Below are positions 52,501-60,983 of a stretch of DNA of 64,000 nt, piece by piece. Within the stretch, counting starts at the first letter, position 1. Every line of letters begins with the position of its first letter. The DNA is from Chrysemys picta bellii. Taxonomy: Eukaryota. A program made the translations under genes and the position numbers. The notes below the pieces were generated by a model. The model did no database searches. It saw nothing but the letters and a program-made list of their open reading frames with translations, and was not told the origin of the DNA. Where the stretch lies: assembly GCF_011386835.1 (NCBI RefSeq), contig NC_088806.1, positions 28,706,001 through 28,770,000 of the forward strand, read 5' to 3'.

Positions 52501-55500
52501 AAGCATATTATTAAATATTTGTTCCCCATGGATAAACTTCCCCTAGTATATTCCCAAACATTCTTCCCAGTTGGGCAGCAAGATAGAGGGATAGAGTAGG
52601 TTTTCAGAAAGTTATTTCTTGCAAATTATTTTATCCCTATGTACTAATCCACCAAAAAAATGTAAAAGTGGAGTCCCAAGAAAATTCTAAGTCATTCCAG
52701 TGATGTCTGGTGGTAGTTTGCTTGTTTGTTTTCTTTTGTTTTTGTTTGTTTAAATGTAGCACTTCAGTCACTAATGAAACAAGACACAATTCATGCTGTT
52801 AACAGCAAAGGTGTACTTTAGAATGCAGACAGATAAATATTCACTGGGGTTAGCTTCCTTCATGGAGACAGAAATTCATACTTCCGTAGCTGTTATTTTC
52901 AATGGCCTGCATGAATCAAGTGTGTGTGTGTGTGGGGGGGGGGATCCTCAGTGGGATTCCTAGTGTGCAGATGTTCTTTGTAGACACCTGCCCTGTTACT
53001 AATTGATCCCTCCAACGGCACCCTTGGCAGACAGCATAAGGAATGAATGGGCCATGGAGCTCGAACTCTTTTCTTCACTTTAGACATGTCCCGCCAAGTC
53101 AGTGTTGAGGCACATTGGCAGTGGCAACATACAGAGATGAGGGAAGCTCGCATTGTCACTGCTTGTCCCGTACACCTTCCATAGAATAATTCAGTCTTCA
53201 GCACGGTCAAGCAGCAACCTTACACTAAACTTCCCTTCCCCCGGGATACTTTTACTGCTCCCACTTAAGGATTCAAGCATGGGTCTCTGTCCACCACAGG
53301 CCTGATCCAAAGCCCACTGAAGTCAAAAGAAAAACTCTCACTGATAGAAGCTGGAAGCACGCAGTCATTATGACATTTCGGGGTGCAATCCAAACCAGTG
53401 AGAGGCTGTCACTCCTGCCCTGCAACCTGGGGTGCCTCGCAATGCTTTGCTGCTGTAGCTCCCAACCTGGGCTCCTCACAAACAGCATCCTGAGTGTCTG
53501 TGTCCAGCCTTAGCCTTGGTCCAGCAACTCTGACCCAAACAGTCTGTCAGCAAACACCAAGCCACACTCTGGCTTTCAGCAGTCTTGGCTACTACTTGCA
53601 GGGTGACCCCAACACACTCCCTGTCCTGGATTTCTCCCCCCAAAAAACATGTGTTCTGCACTGTCCAGCCCTCTGCTGGTATATTAGGTCTGTTGCCCCT
53701 CTAAGGGGATCAATATACCACAGTCTGCGACCTTAAATGAAGCTACCCCAAACAATTCACAATCCTGGATTAGTTTTAATTAAAGAAAAAAGAAAAACTA
53801 GTTTATTTAACTATAAGGAGTATAAGTATAAAGCACAAAAGTCAAAAATGGTTGCAAGAAAAAAAGATAAAATGCTTCCTAGTACTAAACTTAACAAGTT
53901 TGACTTGGTTCAAGGTGAAGACCCTTACCACATTTTTCCAGCAACATTGCTGACCAAATTCTCAGGCCAGGATCTGCTCCCAAAGTCCAATGGCTGTTTC
54001 TTTTGCCTTTTGGGTGAAAAGGTGAGAGATAGATAGGGAAAGATAATTTGGGATGTTTTTGCCCCTCACCTTTGAAAAGCATTTTTCTGAGGGTTACCCC
54101 TAGTTAAAGTTCATTCCTGCTGTGAGGATGGAGTCAAGAAACCTGGTGGTGAAAGAGGTTCCATAGTATTTGCTACGATTCTGATCTTTTTGTTCCTGCC
54201 CACTTTCCTTGCCAAAGAATGGCCAGTTGATAAATGATGGCCCATCAGCTTTGATGACACCTGGCTAGAAGCATCAGCTTTGTCTTTGAGAAACAGGTTT
54301 ACCCACTCCCCAAATTTGTCTGGTAAACACACTTCAATCATGATTTTAGCTTACGTTCATAACTTTACATATAACGTTGTCACATACATTTCACCATGAT
54401 ATTACTGACCAGCAGGTTATTCGTTTTCAAATGATATCTTACAAGCCATATTGTGAACAAAGATTATTACAACCATGTGTAGGGTGTGAATACAGGGGTG
54501 CACTTGGGTACAGTCACTCCCAAGCAAGATCTTCACCAGACACATGAAGCTACATAGTCAAGGTGTTATGAAAGCTGTGTCCATTCCTTCTCAGATGCAC
54601 AGGTGTGGGGAAGAAAATAAAGACATCACAAAAGATTTCAGTCCAACCAGTCGAGACGAACAGGTTTAAGGCACTTCCATCAAAAAGCTGAAGAAAACTT
54701 TATTAATATCTTTGATCTCTCAAATCTTAAAATTCTTCCCATTTGACACTAGCTAGCTAACATGAACGGTTTTAAAATCACGTACAATGTTAAGCCACAA
54801 ATATATGGATGTTACTACAGCAAACTGATGGCAGAACATGACTCATGTTAGCATCTGTCCATACCCAGCAAATCATCCCTATATTATAGGGAACATCATC
54901 ATTCCGCAAAGATGCTGCAAGTCTGCCAAAGAGATCTCTTGCCCTTCACAAAATAAATTGATGACATCATGACCGGCCGATAAAGTAAATGCCACAATAC
55001 GGTTAACATTGTGGTAAGCATGTAAAGAAAAGAAGTTTGTAAAATGCACTAAACGGGTACATACTGCATAAGTGCCAAATACTGTATTAGCCTTTTAATT
55101 TATTAACTGAAAAGATGAAAAAGTAAAGTGCACCGGCTGAACTTTTCTGGTACGACTCTTTTGGAGCCGGTGTGGAATACTTTTGAGTTGAAATTCCAGG
55201 ATATAATAGAACTAAAGGAAGGAATTATTGGGGCTCGTTAACCTTTTGTGGTGGTCATGGAACTAACCTCCTCCCTCTCTGCTCCCATCACCCAGGGGCG
55301 GCTCTATGTTTTTTGCCACCCCAAGCACGGCAGTCAGGTGGCACGCCTGCGGACGGTCCGCCGGTCCCGCGGATTCGGTGGCATTTCTGCGGGTGATCTG
55401 CCGGTCCCGACGCCTTCGGCACCCGCCACCGAATGGCCGCTGAAGCCGCGGGACCGGCGGAGCTCCCGCAGACGTGCCGCCGAAGGCCGCCTGACCGCCG

Positions 55501-56141
55501 CCCTCACAGCGACCGGCACGCCGCCCCCCGCGGCTTGCCGCCCCAGGCACGGGCTTGCTGCGCTGGTGCCCGGAGCCGCCCCTGCCATCGTCCCCCAGCA
55601 GGTGTTGGGGTTTGGTCGAAGCCGGCCCTGGGCCAGGGGAATGACCATCTCCCCTGAAAACCACACCTGGGGGTGACGAGCCAAGGGGACCCCCGGTTTG
55701 CAGCACCCCGGGGCGCTCAGCCCTGAGGTCGCCGCGGCCTCCCCGGGGAGCGGGGACGGGTCCAGGCAGCGGAGGACGAAGGGGATGAAACAGACAAGCC
55801 GGCGTGGAAGAGCCCGTGGGCGGCGCCCCCCGGGGTCCCCTGAGCGCCTCCGGCTCAGCTGACCCGCCCCGCCAGCCCGCCGCCCGGGGCCGCCCCGCAG
55901 CGTGGGCCCAAGCCAGAGCCCCGGGCCGGGCCCGCCCCACATCTCTGCCCCCCAGCAGCGGGCGCGGCCCGGGGCGGGGCTCCCAGCTACGCCGTGGGGA
56001 TCGCAGGGGGGCCCGGCCGCTATCGGCCCCCCCCCAGGTGAGCAGGATCCCAGTGCTCCCCTCCCCCGCGCCCCGGGCTCTCACCGTGCCCTGGCTCTCG
56101 GCGGCGCCCGCCTCGGCCTCGGCCTGCAGCTCCGCCGTCAT
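13363..56141 (-). CDS. USP28: Ubiquitin carboxyl-terminal hydrolase 28, complete multi-exon CDS (26 exons, 3423 nt, about 1140 aa with both cassette exons)
   Basis: All exons located with GT-AG boundaries and continuous phase; most exon lengths equal the recalled human ones. Cys box [16 protein letters not shown], His box [18 protein letters not shown] and C-terminus PVTVK* are intact. Confidence 0.97.
15352..15445. mobile_element. Short Penelope-like element terminus with internal inversion
   Basis: Family sequence ...GGCACCTTAGAGACTAAC...ATAAGCTTTCGTGGGC plus inverted ACGGCTGCTACTCTGAAAC; TSD ACATATTTT(T)AAA. Confidence 0.7.
15746..15944 (-). CDS. USP28: USP28 exon 24 ([10 protein letters not shown]...[11 protein letters not shown])
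   Basis: 199 nt, AG/GTAGGG. Confidence 0.94.
16118..16460. mobile_element. hAT-Charlie-like MITE
   Basis: TIR CAGTGGTCCCCAAA / TTTGGGGACCACCG; perfect TSD CCTTAGAA; internal tandem duplicate of about 30 bp. Confidence 0.88.
17104..17227 (-). CDS. USP28: USP28 exon 23 ([15 protein letters not shown]...RRKCLL)
   Basis: 124 nt, AG/GTTTGT. Confidence 0.94.
17764..18021. mobile_element. hAT MITE (CAGGGCCGGCTCC family)
   Basis: TIRs with one mismatch; TSD CATGAGAG / CCTGAGAG. Confidence 0.85.
18688..18767 (-). CDS. USP28: USP28 exon 22 ([26 protein letters not shown])
   Basis: 80 nt, AG/GTAGGT. Confidence 0.94.
19403..19481 (-). CDS. USP28: USP28 exon 21 ([26 protein letters not shown])
   Basis: 79 nt, AG/GTAAGG. 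Confidence 0.95.
19574..19752 (-). CDS. USP28: USP28 exon 20 ([10 protein letters not shown]...LSYDE)
   Basis: 179 nt, AG/GTTTGT. Confidence 0.95.
19933..20335 (-). mobile_element. CR1 3' fragment
   Basis: AGGCCAGAAGGGACCAT...CTAGTGTGACCTCCTG reverse 3' end. Confidence 0.6.
21010..21238 (-). mobile_element. MIR/CORE-SINE-like
   Basis: Reverse CORE (GTGATTTGGCCAAGGTC...AGAACTCAGGTCTC). Confidence 0.55.
21925..22020 (-). CDS. USP28: USP28 cassette exon 19 ([32 protein letters not shown])
   Basis: 96 nt, phase 0-0, nearly identical to the human peptide. Confidence 0.95.
23178..23363 (-). CDS. USP28: USP28 alternative cassette exon, 62 aa (PKEAEP...[21 protein letters not shown])
   Basis: 186 nt, phase 0-0, long pyrimidine tract, donor GTACAG; matches the recalled long-isoform insert of mammalian USP28. 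Confidence 0.88.
23557..23696 (-). CDS. USP28: USP28 exon 18 (...[24 protein letters not shown])
   Basis: 140 nt, AG/GTGAGA. Confidence 0.94.
23994..24268. mobile_element. PIF/Harbinger-type MITE
   Basis: TIR ...TCTACACT / AGTGTAGACGTACCC; TAA TSD. Confidence 0.8.
24373..24558 (+). mobile_element. Tortoise Pol III/SINE (tRNA-derived head, CR1-derived tail)
   Basis: A box AGTGGTTTGAG, B box GTTCAATCC, CR1-like tail GGTCCCTTCCAGTTCTAG. Confidence 0.88.
24565..24640 (+). mobile_element. CR1 extreme 3' end
   Basis: CTGCCATG...GGTCCCTTCCAGTCCTAG followed by two AATCTATG repeats. Confidence 0.85.
25412..25615 (-). CDS. USP28: USP28 exon 17 (...[17 protein letters not shown]...)
   Basis: 204 nt, AG/GTAACA. 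Confidence 0.93.
25805..25928 (+). mobile_element. L2-like 3' tail fragment
   Basis: AGCTCTTTGGGCAAGGG...CCTAGCACAATGGGG. Confidence 0.55.
26914..27165. mobile_element. PIF/Harbinger-type MITE with internal palindrome
   Basis: GGATAGGTCTACACT / AGTATGGACCAGGCC termini; TAA TSD. Confidence 0.78.
27200..27375 (+). mobile_element. LF-SINE-like 3' fragment
   Basis: TTTCACCTTCCTCTGAAGCAC...GGATACT...TAGATGGAC...CCAGTATGGCAATTCCTAT resembles the recalled LF-SINE consensus tail. Confidence 0.62.
27695..27923 (-). CDS. USP28: USP28 exon 16 (His box)
   Basis: 229 nt, [24 protein letters not shown]...KYND. Confidence 0.97.
28560..29950. mobile_element. Degenerate retroelement remnant, possibly DIRS-like
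   Basis: Composition and decayed coding-like texture differ from the flanking intron; no intact domain recognised. Confidence 0.3.
30506..30576 (-). CDS. USP28: USP28 exon 15 ([23 protein letters not shown])
   Basis: 71 nt, AG/GTAGGA. Confidence 0.92.
30931..31124 (-). CDS. USP28: USP28 exon 14 (...[14 protein letters not shown])
   Basis: 194 nt; the 3' half is well conserved, the acceptor was chosen by phase and pyrimidine tract. Confidence 0.88.
31857..32036 (-). CDS. USP28: USP28 exon 13 ([17 protein letters not shown]...)
   Basis: 180 nt, AG/GTGAGG. Confidence 0.94.
32291..32386 (-). CDS. USP28: USP28 exon 12 (coiled coil [15 protein letters not shown]...)
   Basis: 96 nt, AG/GTAAGC. 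Confidence 0.94.
32589..32716 (-). CDS. USP28: USP28 exon 11 ([17 protein letters not shown]...YMD)
   Basis: 128 nt, AG/GTGAGA. Confidence 0.96.
34888..35036 (-). CDS. USP28: USP28 exon 10 ([16 protein letters not shown]...KYGQE)
   Basis: 149 nt, AG/GTTGGT. Confidence 0.95.
35546..35622 (-). CDS. USP28: USP28 exon 9 ([25 protein letters not shown])
   Basis: 77 nt, AG/GTAAGT. Confidence 0.95.
36020..36180 (-). mobile_element. MIR/CORE-SINE-like
   Basis: Reverse CORE (GTGACTTGCCTAG...AACCCAGGAGTCCTG). Confidence 0.55.
36743..36816 (-). CDS. USP28: USP28 exon 8 ([19 protein letters not shown])
   Basis: 74 nt, AG/GTGAGT. Confidence 0.95.
37328..37465 (-). CDS. USP28: USP28 exon 7 ([12 protein letters not shown]...DEQQ)
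   Basis: 138 nt, AG/GTAAAA. Confidence 0.95.
38090..38176 (-). CDS. USP28: USP28 exon 6 ([12 protein letters not shown]...)
   Basis: 87 nt, AG/GTAAGT. Confidence 0.95.
38351..38667 (+). mobile_element. CR1 LINE 3' fragment
   Basis: ORF2 C-terminus ([30 protein letters not shown]), CR1 3'UTR and AATCTATG tail. Confidence 0.92.
39390..39530 (+). mobile_element. MIR/CORE-SINE-like
   Basis: TGTGACCTTGGGAAAGTCAACTAACCTCTCTGTGCC core. Confidence 0.6.
39584..39746 (-). CDS. USP28: USP28 exon 5 (NLS-like KRKR, Cys box)
   Basis: 163 nt, [14 protein letters not shown]...[11 protein letters not shown]. Confidence 0.96.
40619..40724 (-). CDS. USP28: USP28 exon 4 (SIM VIDLT and UIM)
   Basis: 106 nt, [23 protein letters not shown], donor GTCAAT. 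Confidence 0.93.
41091..41940 (-). mobile_element. CR1 LINE 3' fragment
   Basis: ORF2 remnant KCKCIYLG...LGVVVDNQL...[24 protein letters not shown] (41573-41869) and CR1 3' end. Confidence 0.9.
43381..43618. mobile_element. PIF/Harbinger-type MITE
   Basis: GGGCTTTTCTACAC / GTGTAGACTAGCCC; TTA TSD. Confidence 0.8.
44906..45038 (-). CDS. USP28: USP28 exon 3 ([10 protein letters not shown]...GKEQPT)
   Basis: 133 nt, AG/GTAGGT. Confidence 0.94.
45456..45586. mobile_element. Short Penelope-like insertion with internal inversion
   Basis: Same family; 12-bp TSD ATTAATGGGTAG (45444-45455 and 45587-45598). Confidence 0.75.
45468..45507 (-). ncRNA. Minimal type I hammerhead ribozyme motif (Penelope-associated)
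   Basis: GCAU-CUGAAGA-A-GUGGGC-UGUA-GCCCAC-GAAA-GC-UU-AUGC: CUGANGA and GAAA core, 6-bp stem II, 4-bp stem I, palindromic stem III. Confidence 0.65.
46630..47036. mobile_element. hAT MITE (CAGGGCCGGCTC family)
   Basis: TIRs; perfect TSD GACAGAAT. Confidence 0.9.
47281..47358 (-). CDS. USP28: USP28 exon 2 ([26 protein letters not shown]; UBA)
   Basis: 78 nt, AG/GTTAGT. Confidence 0.95.
49306..49502. mobile_element. Tc1/mariner (Tigger-like) MITE
   Basis: Imperfect TIRs of about 23 bp (CAGACGCCTCC... / ...GGGGAGCATCTG) flanked by TA. Confidence 0.6.
50316..50347. repeat. (C)20 run followed by (AC)n microsatellite
   Basis: Seen directly. Confidence 0.9.
52091..52530 (-). mobile_element. CR1 LINE 3' fragment (same subfamily as 41091)
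   Basis: Shared CACAGATTCCAAGGCCAGAAGGG end and downstream similarity. Confidence 0.85.
52291..52378. mobile_element. Short Penelope-like terminus inserted in a CR1
   Basis: Related subfamily (...TAAGGTGCCACCAGACTC...CAGACTAACATGGCTACC); 11-bp TSD TCTCACCATTA. Confidence 0.7.
53369..54517 (-). mobile_element. Solo LTR (about 1.15 kb) in USP28 intron 1
   Basis: Turtle LTR-type terminus T(A)TGACATTTCGGGGTGCAATCC, ...GTCAC end, internal AATAAA on the minus strand at 53802-53807; TSD not clean. Confidence 0.55.
55293..55584. mobile_element. hAT MITE (CAGGGGCGGCTC family) in USP28 intron 1 CpG island
   Basis: TIRs; TSD CCATCACC / CCATCGTC (6/8). Confidence 0.8.
56085..56141 (-). CDS. USP28: USP28 exon 1 ([19 protein letters not shown])
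   Basis: 57 nt, donor GTGAGA, inside CpG island. Confidence 0.93.
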
Positions 56142-56829
56142 CCCGGGCCCCGCTCGGCCGCCGCCGCCCGACCCCAGCCAGCCCGGCCGCGGGAAACGCT
56201 GCGCGCGCCCCCGCCGCCCGGGGCCGCGCCCGCTCGCTCCTCAGCTCTGCCGAGCACCTTCCCTCCCCCCCCCCGGGCTGGGCACGCGGCGCGCCCCCGC
56301 CGGGCACTGCCTTCGGGGAGCCCCGCCCACCGCTGGGCACAGCCCCCCCACCCCGAAACACCCTCCTCGCAGAGGGGAACAGCCCCCCCGCTCCATGGGC
56401 ACAGCCCAGGAGGCTCCCTGAGGTGGGCACAGCCCCCCTCCGTGCTGGAAGGGAGTCAGTGATGAGACAGTCCCCACCCCCTGGCACGACAGTGGCACCC
56501 CCTCACCCCCTGCCAGCCATCACCCCGTGCGAGCCATCACCTGGCACCGGCACCCCACTGAGGGGGCCACGCTCCAACGCCCCCAGCGCAGCACCGCGCG
56601 CTTCCCCCAGCATCGTAACGCCCTGGCCCATCTCCCCGCAGCGGGCTGAGCCCGGGCTGGGTCACAGCCCTGCCTCGCCCCAAGCGGCACAAGGCTGCCA
56701 CCGCATTTCCATCCCACAGGAACCTAGTACCTGCTCTCGTACTCCAGGCAGCTCACGGAAACCTCAAATCGCTGGAATCCTGATGAAAAGTAAACAAGCG
56801 TCCATAGGGCCGTACAGCTAGCTAGCGAG

Positions 56830-57020
56830 GGTAGTCATTGGCCCCGTTCCCACAGTGTCTGAGCACCTCACAGTCCTTATGCAGTTTGGGGAATGCTATT
56901 ATCCCCACTTTACAGATAGGGAACTGAGGCACAGGGAGACTAAGTACTTACCTACGGGTCATCTGTGGCAGATCAGGGATTTAACCCAGGTTGCCCCCTC
57001 CTAGACTAGTGCTCTAACCC
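56830..57020 (-). mobile_element. MIR/CORE-SINE-like
   Basis: CCCCACTTTACAGATAGGGAACTGAGGCACAG reverse core. Confidence 0.65.
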
Positions 57021-57297
57021 ATGGCCTTCCCCTCTTCCCTTAAACAGTATTCCCTTCCACAGCAACCCTCATAAAAGGGTGCACCTGGCTGCATGCTCCG
57101 AGATTCTGTCTAGTTCAGACTGTCCAAACCCCACTGCACTGTTACATCATTGGGTCACTTCAAACCATCACCTAGAAACCGCCTCACCTGTTTGAGCTGA
57201 TTAACTATCGTACCGGCTAGCTGAGCTCCGGTTCTTTAGATATTGCTTCTGGGCTAGATATTTATTTTTGAGCATTGTAAACCTGAGCACTCATTAC

Positions 57298-57384
57298 ACT
57301 GCCTCGGACGAAGTGGGTATTCACCCACGAAAGCTTATGCTCCAATATGTCTGTTAATCTATAAGGTGCCACAGGACTCTCTGT
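57298..57384 (+). mobile_element. Short Penelope-like insertion with degenerate hammerhead
   Basis: CGGACGA-A-GTGGGT-ATTC-ACCCAC-GAAA-GCTTATGC; 10-bp TSD CACTCATTAC. Confidence 0.7.
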
Positions 57385-57394
57385 CACTCATTAC

Positions 57395-57520
57395 TAAGAT
57401 TGTAAGCTCTTTAGGATGGACCATCGTTTTGGTCTGTGCATGTACAGGACCTAGCACAGTGGGTCCTAGCCCATATACTAGGGCTCCCAGCTGCTACTGC
57501 AATATAAAGAATAATAGTAG
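57395..57520 (+). mobile_element. L2-like 3' tail fragment
   Basis: GATTGTAAGCTCTTTAGG...CCTAGCACAGTGGG. Confidence 0.55.
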
Positions 57521-59759
57521 GAGAGAATCAGCCCTGGAAACTCTCTGTGGTGGTTGATGTTTTAGACTGGAGGACTACATGCTATTTATGGGACTGCAAC
57601 TGTTACATGGCTGGGCTTTTGTCCTCTCACGTTCACAAAGTGCAATTCTCAAGGCTTTGGTGAAACGTGCCTTATTCTGGTGCTGCCACCCCTTTCCCGG
57701 GCAGGCAGATGAGGTTTTTTAACAAAATATTTTGAAAGCATCTAACCGTCCCAGAAATATTGTCATGAAAGTGTTTTGAAAATATGTCAATGAAGACAGT
57801 GCTTGTTTGGCTGTAAACATCCCCCTGCCCTGAGGGAAACCCAAACACTGCAGCTTGGGCTTACCATGGGAAAGCTAGAAAAGTGTCCAGAAAGAAACAG
57901 AAATGAAACTGAGTTGTTCTGTTCACTGGCCCAGCTCAGTGAAGTGAAAAACATGCCCACATCAGTGCAGGAAAGTAAAGGAGAATGGTAAAATTCAATC
58001 AGTTTTACTGATATGATGCAGGGAGGATGTGCATTTGCAAAAACATACATATGGGGCTAAATCCTCTGCTATGGGTGATGGCCTAGGGCACCAGAAGGGG
58101 TGCCAAACTGGCTTTAATCCATCTGTGCACTCCTGATCTTGGACTAGCTTTGTACCAGCCCAAACCAGCGGTGTAAATTGGGGCAACCAAGGGAGTAATC
58201 TGGCATTTGGGGCTGGTCTAGCCCACCTTTCTCTGGCCACACCACCTGCAGCCTGACGGATGTGGCAGAGAAACTGTGCACCAAAGGAAGATACTCCCTC
58301 CCCCCTAGGGTGGTCAAGCTGTAGGCAGCACACTAACTTTAGGTTCCTCTCTGCTGGTTGTGGTGCAAAGTGTCCTTTCATCAAGAAAAAAAAATCCAGG
58401 CTGTATTTTTTTTAATCTGCCAGCATTCCATGAAACTGCACAGCTCTGGCTGAAGTGTTTTCCCTACTTTGCCTTCCAAATGGCTGGAGCTGCATTAGCT
58501 ATTAGCATTCATTATAGGCTATTTTCTAGACTAGTTCTCTCTTCCTAGAGACAGTTGTTGCTTGTGCCTTATGAAGTGGAGCTCCATGTTCGGACAAATG
58601 CCTTTCTATAGGACTAAAAGCTGTCAACCTGCAGGTAGTTCTGACTGATTGGAAGGTTGGGTTGTCCCCTTTATCTGTTAGTGACAACCAGTTCTAGGAA
58701 CACAGCAAGGGTGACTTTCCTTGCCCCTTAGTTCAAAATGCCAAGCCTCTCAGAGCATTCATGAGCTGGTAATTCCACCAACCAGGTGGAGAAAGCCTAG
58801 AACATTAGTTACATAATAGCTTTACATGTCCGAGATGCGTAGGTATGTCTCACCTGCTATGTACTTTTCATTAACAGCAGGGTAACTCATTAGAAAAGTT
58901 ACATCATTGACTACTTTAACTTGAAGCTGCTACAGTTTACTCTCGTCTAACTTTTAAATTGATATGTGAATCTCATGCTGGTGAAGACATCAAATAAGTA
59001 ACCCCAGAGAATAAAGTCCTCCGTTTCTCCACAGCACAAGCACTAGCAGTGCAAGCTCCTGCCATTCTGCACCCTGCCCATCTGCCTCTCGCCTGAACTG
59101 CAGGAGGGGTCTCCTCAAGAGTGAGAGGGCAATTCATGCTGCAGGACTTCTCTATTGGGATTGACAACAAGAGGGCCAGTTGTATTGGTGCTTGATACGG
59201 TTTGGACTGTTATCCAGTGGGGAATGGCCTGAGCCCAAGCTCTTTTCATACAGTCCACTAAACAGCCACCCAATGGCAAAATTTGTGGCCACTACTTGAG
59301 CCCAGCCCTATCCAGGAGGTGCAGTAATAGCGTCTGGCCAAGGGGATATGCCCAACCCCTCCTTACCCCAAAGAACACACCAACCTAATTTCAGAAAGGG
59401 AAGTAAAAAAACAAAACAAACAAACAAACAAAAAACCACAACAGAGAATCCAATAGCACTCACATAAGAGGAGACACATTTATAAAGAGTTCTCTTGGTC
59501 ATCTTCTTGTTGAATCATTGTTGATTTTCTGTTACAAAAAAAGAAGCATGTTTCATGTAGTTGGTTTCCATAGTACGGGATCACCATTTCACCGTGCCTA
59601 TCAAATTAAATCCTGACCTATCACATTTTTCCAGGGCTGATCATGACAACAACAACAAAAAGAGAGGAAAAAAAGCCATGTTTGTCACCAGGGCCACAAG
59701 GTGGCACTCTGACTATGCTGACTTCATAAAACAAACAGTTTAGCTGGTACTTCAATTTA

Positions 59760-60290
59760 GACCTGGTCTACACTACAGCGTTAGATCAACATAAGCTGCC
59801 TTACATCAACCTAATTACGTCAGCGTATACCCTATGGCCTTGCTCCCACTGATGTAAGTGCCCTACTACACCGACCTAATAACGCTACCTCCACAAGAGG
59901 CGTAGGTCTTATGTCGGTGTCATTAAGGCGATGCAGTGTCCCTCCAGATGTAACTTACCTCTACTGCCTGTCATCCTGGAGCCGTGAAATTGACAAGAAA
60001 GCCGGCTCCCGGCTTCCCAGTCAGGCGGCTGCCGAGTTTCCACTCCAAGTCAGGCTGCTGCCTGGGCTCTCTACTCCTCGCAGGGAGTCCTGCTGCACCC
60101 CAGGGTCTTAGCTCCGCACTCCCAGCCAGGCTGCCGCCTGGGCTTTCTGCTCCCCTTTGGGAGCACAGCCGTTGACTGGCCTCCAGGCATGGATCTCCCC
60201 CTGCCCGGAACAGGGGGCAGCCACACCGGGCTTCTTGGCTCCCCACTAGGAACAGCATGGATCTCCGCTGGGAGCCCAGCTGCCTCAGAG
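59760..60290. mobile_element. Harbinger-type non-autonomous element (right end uncertain)
   Basis: Left terminus GACCTGGTCTACACT after TTA; no clear right TIR. Confidence 0.5.
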
Positions 60291-60348
60291 TTACGAACAG
60301 TCTCCATTCCTGGTGTGTTTGTAACTGTGAGGTTCTACTGTATTTAAG

Positions 60349-60565
60349 GTTTCAGAGTAGCAGCCGTGTTAGTCTGTATCCGCAAAAAGAACAGGAGTAC
60401 TTGTGGCACCTTAGAGACTAACAAATTTATTAGAGCATAAGCTTTCGTGGACTACAGCCCACTTATTCGGATGCATCTTCCGAAGAAGTGGGCTGTAGTC
60501 CACGAAAGCTTATGCTTTAATAAATTTGTTAGTCTCTAAGGTGCCACAAGTACTCCTGTTCTTTT
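60349..60565. mobile_element. Palindromic (head-to-head) Penelope-like insertion
   Basis: 88-bp inverted arms; 13-bp TSD TACTGTATTTAAG. Confidence 0.8.
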
Positions 60566-60983
60566 TACTGTATTTAAGTGCATCCTTTGCAAACTGCTGC
60601 TTCCAACACGCAATGCTCCAGCTACATCTGAGTGGAAAGTTCAAGCCTGAAACTACTTAAGATGAAGCACTGCATGCTGGGAGAGATTCTCCCCATAGGT
60701 TGCTGTTCCTTGTTAAAAATGTGGCTAGCTGCTACATGCTTCATCTTATGCAAATTACATGCAGGCCTCAGCTCCTGGGAAGTCACCACCTTTCAGTGAA
60801 GTTTGGGAGCTCAGTGAAGTCAGGCTCTGTTGTTCAACTCTGTTAATTCCAGTTGCTCATATCACCTTTACCTGAAACAGGTGATGAGTGGCAGTTTATA
60901 AAACAGACATAGTTGAGGCAGCTCAGATGAAATAAGTAAGTCCAGACATACACGAAACCACTTCCTGGTGGTACGATATAGTG

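Larger units (their letters stand above)
55250..56720. promoter_or_regulatory. CpG island / USP28 promoter and first exon
   Basis: Very GC- and CpG-rich with GGGCGG boxes, surrounds the USP28 ATG. Confidence 0.88.

Noticed and set aside
55248-56821. Many long overlapping ORFs (up to 292 aa) around the USP28 start
   Set aside because: Stop-poor GC-rich CpG island plus a hAT MITE; only the 57-nt exon 1 matches USP28.
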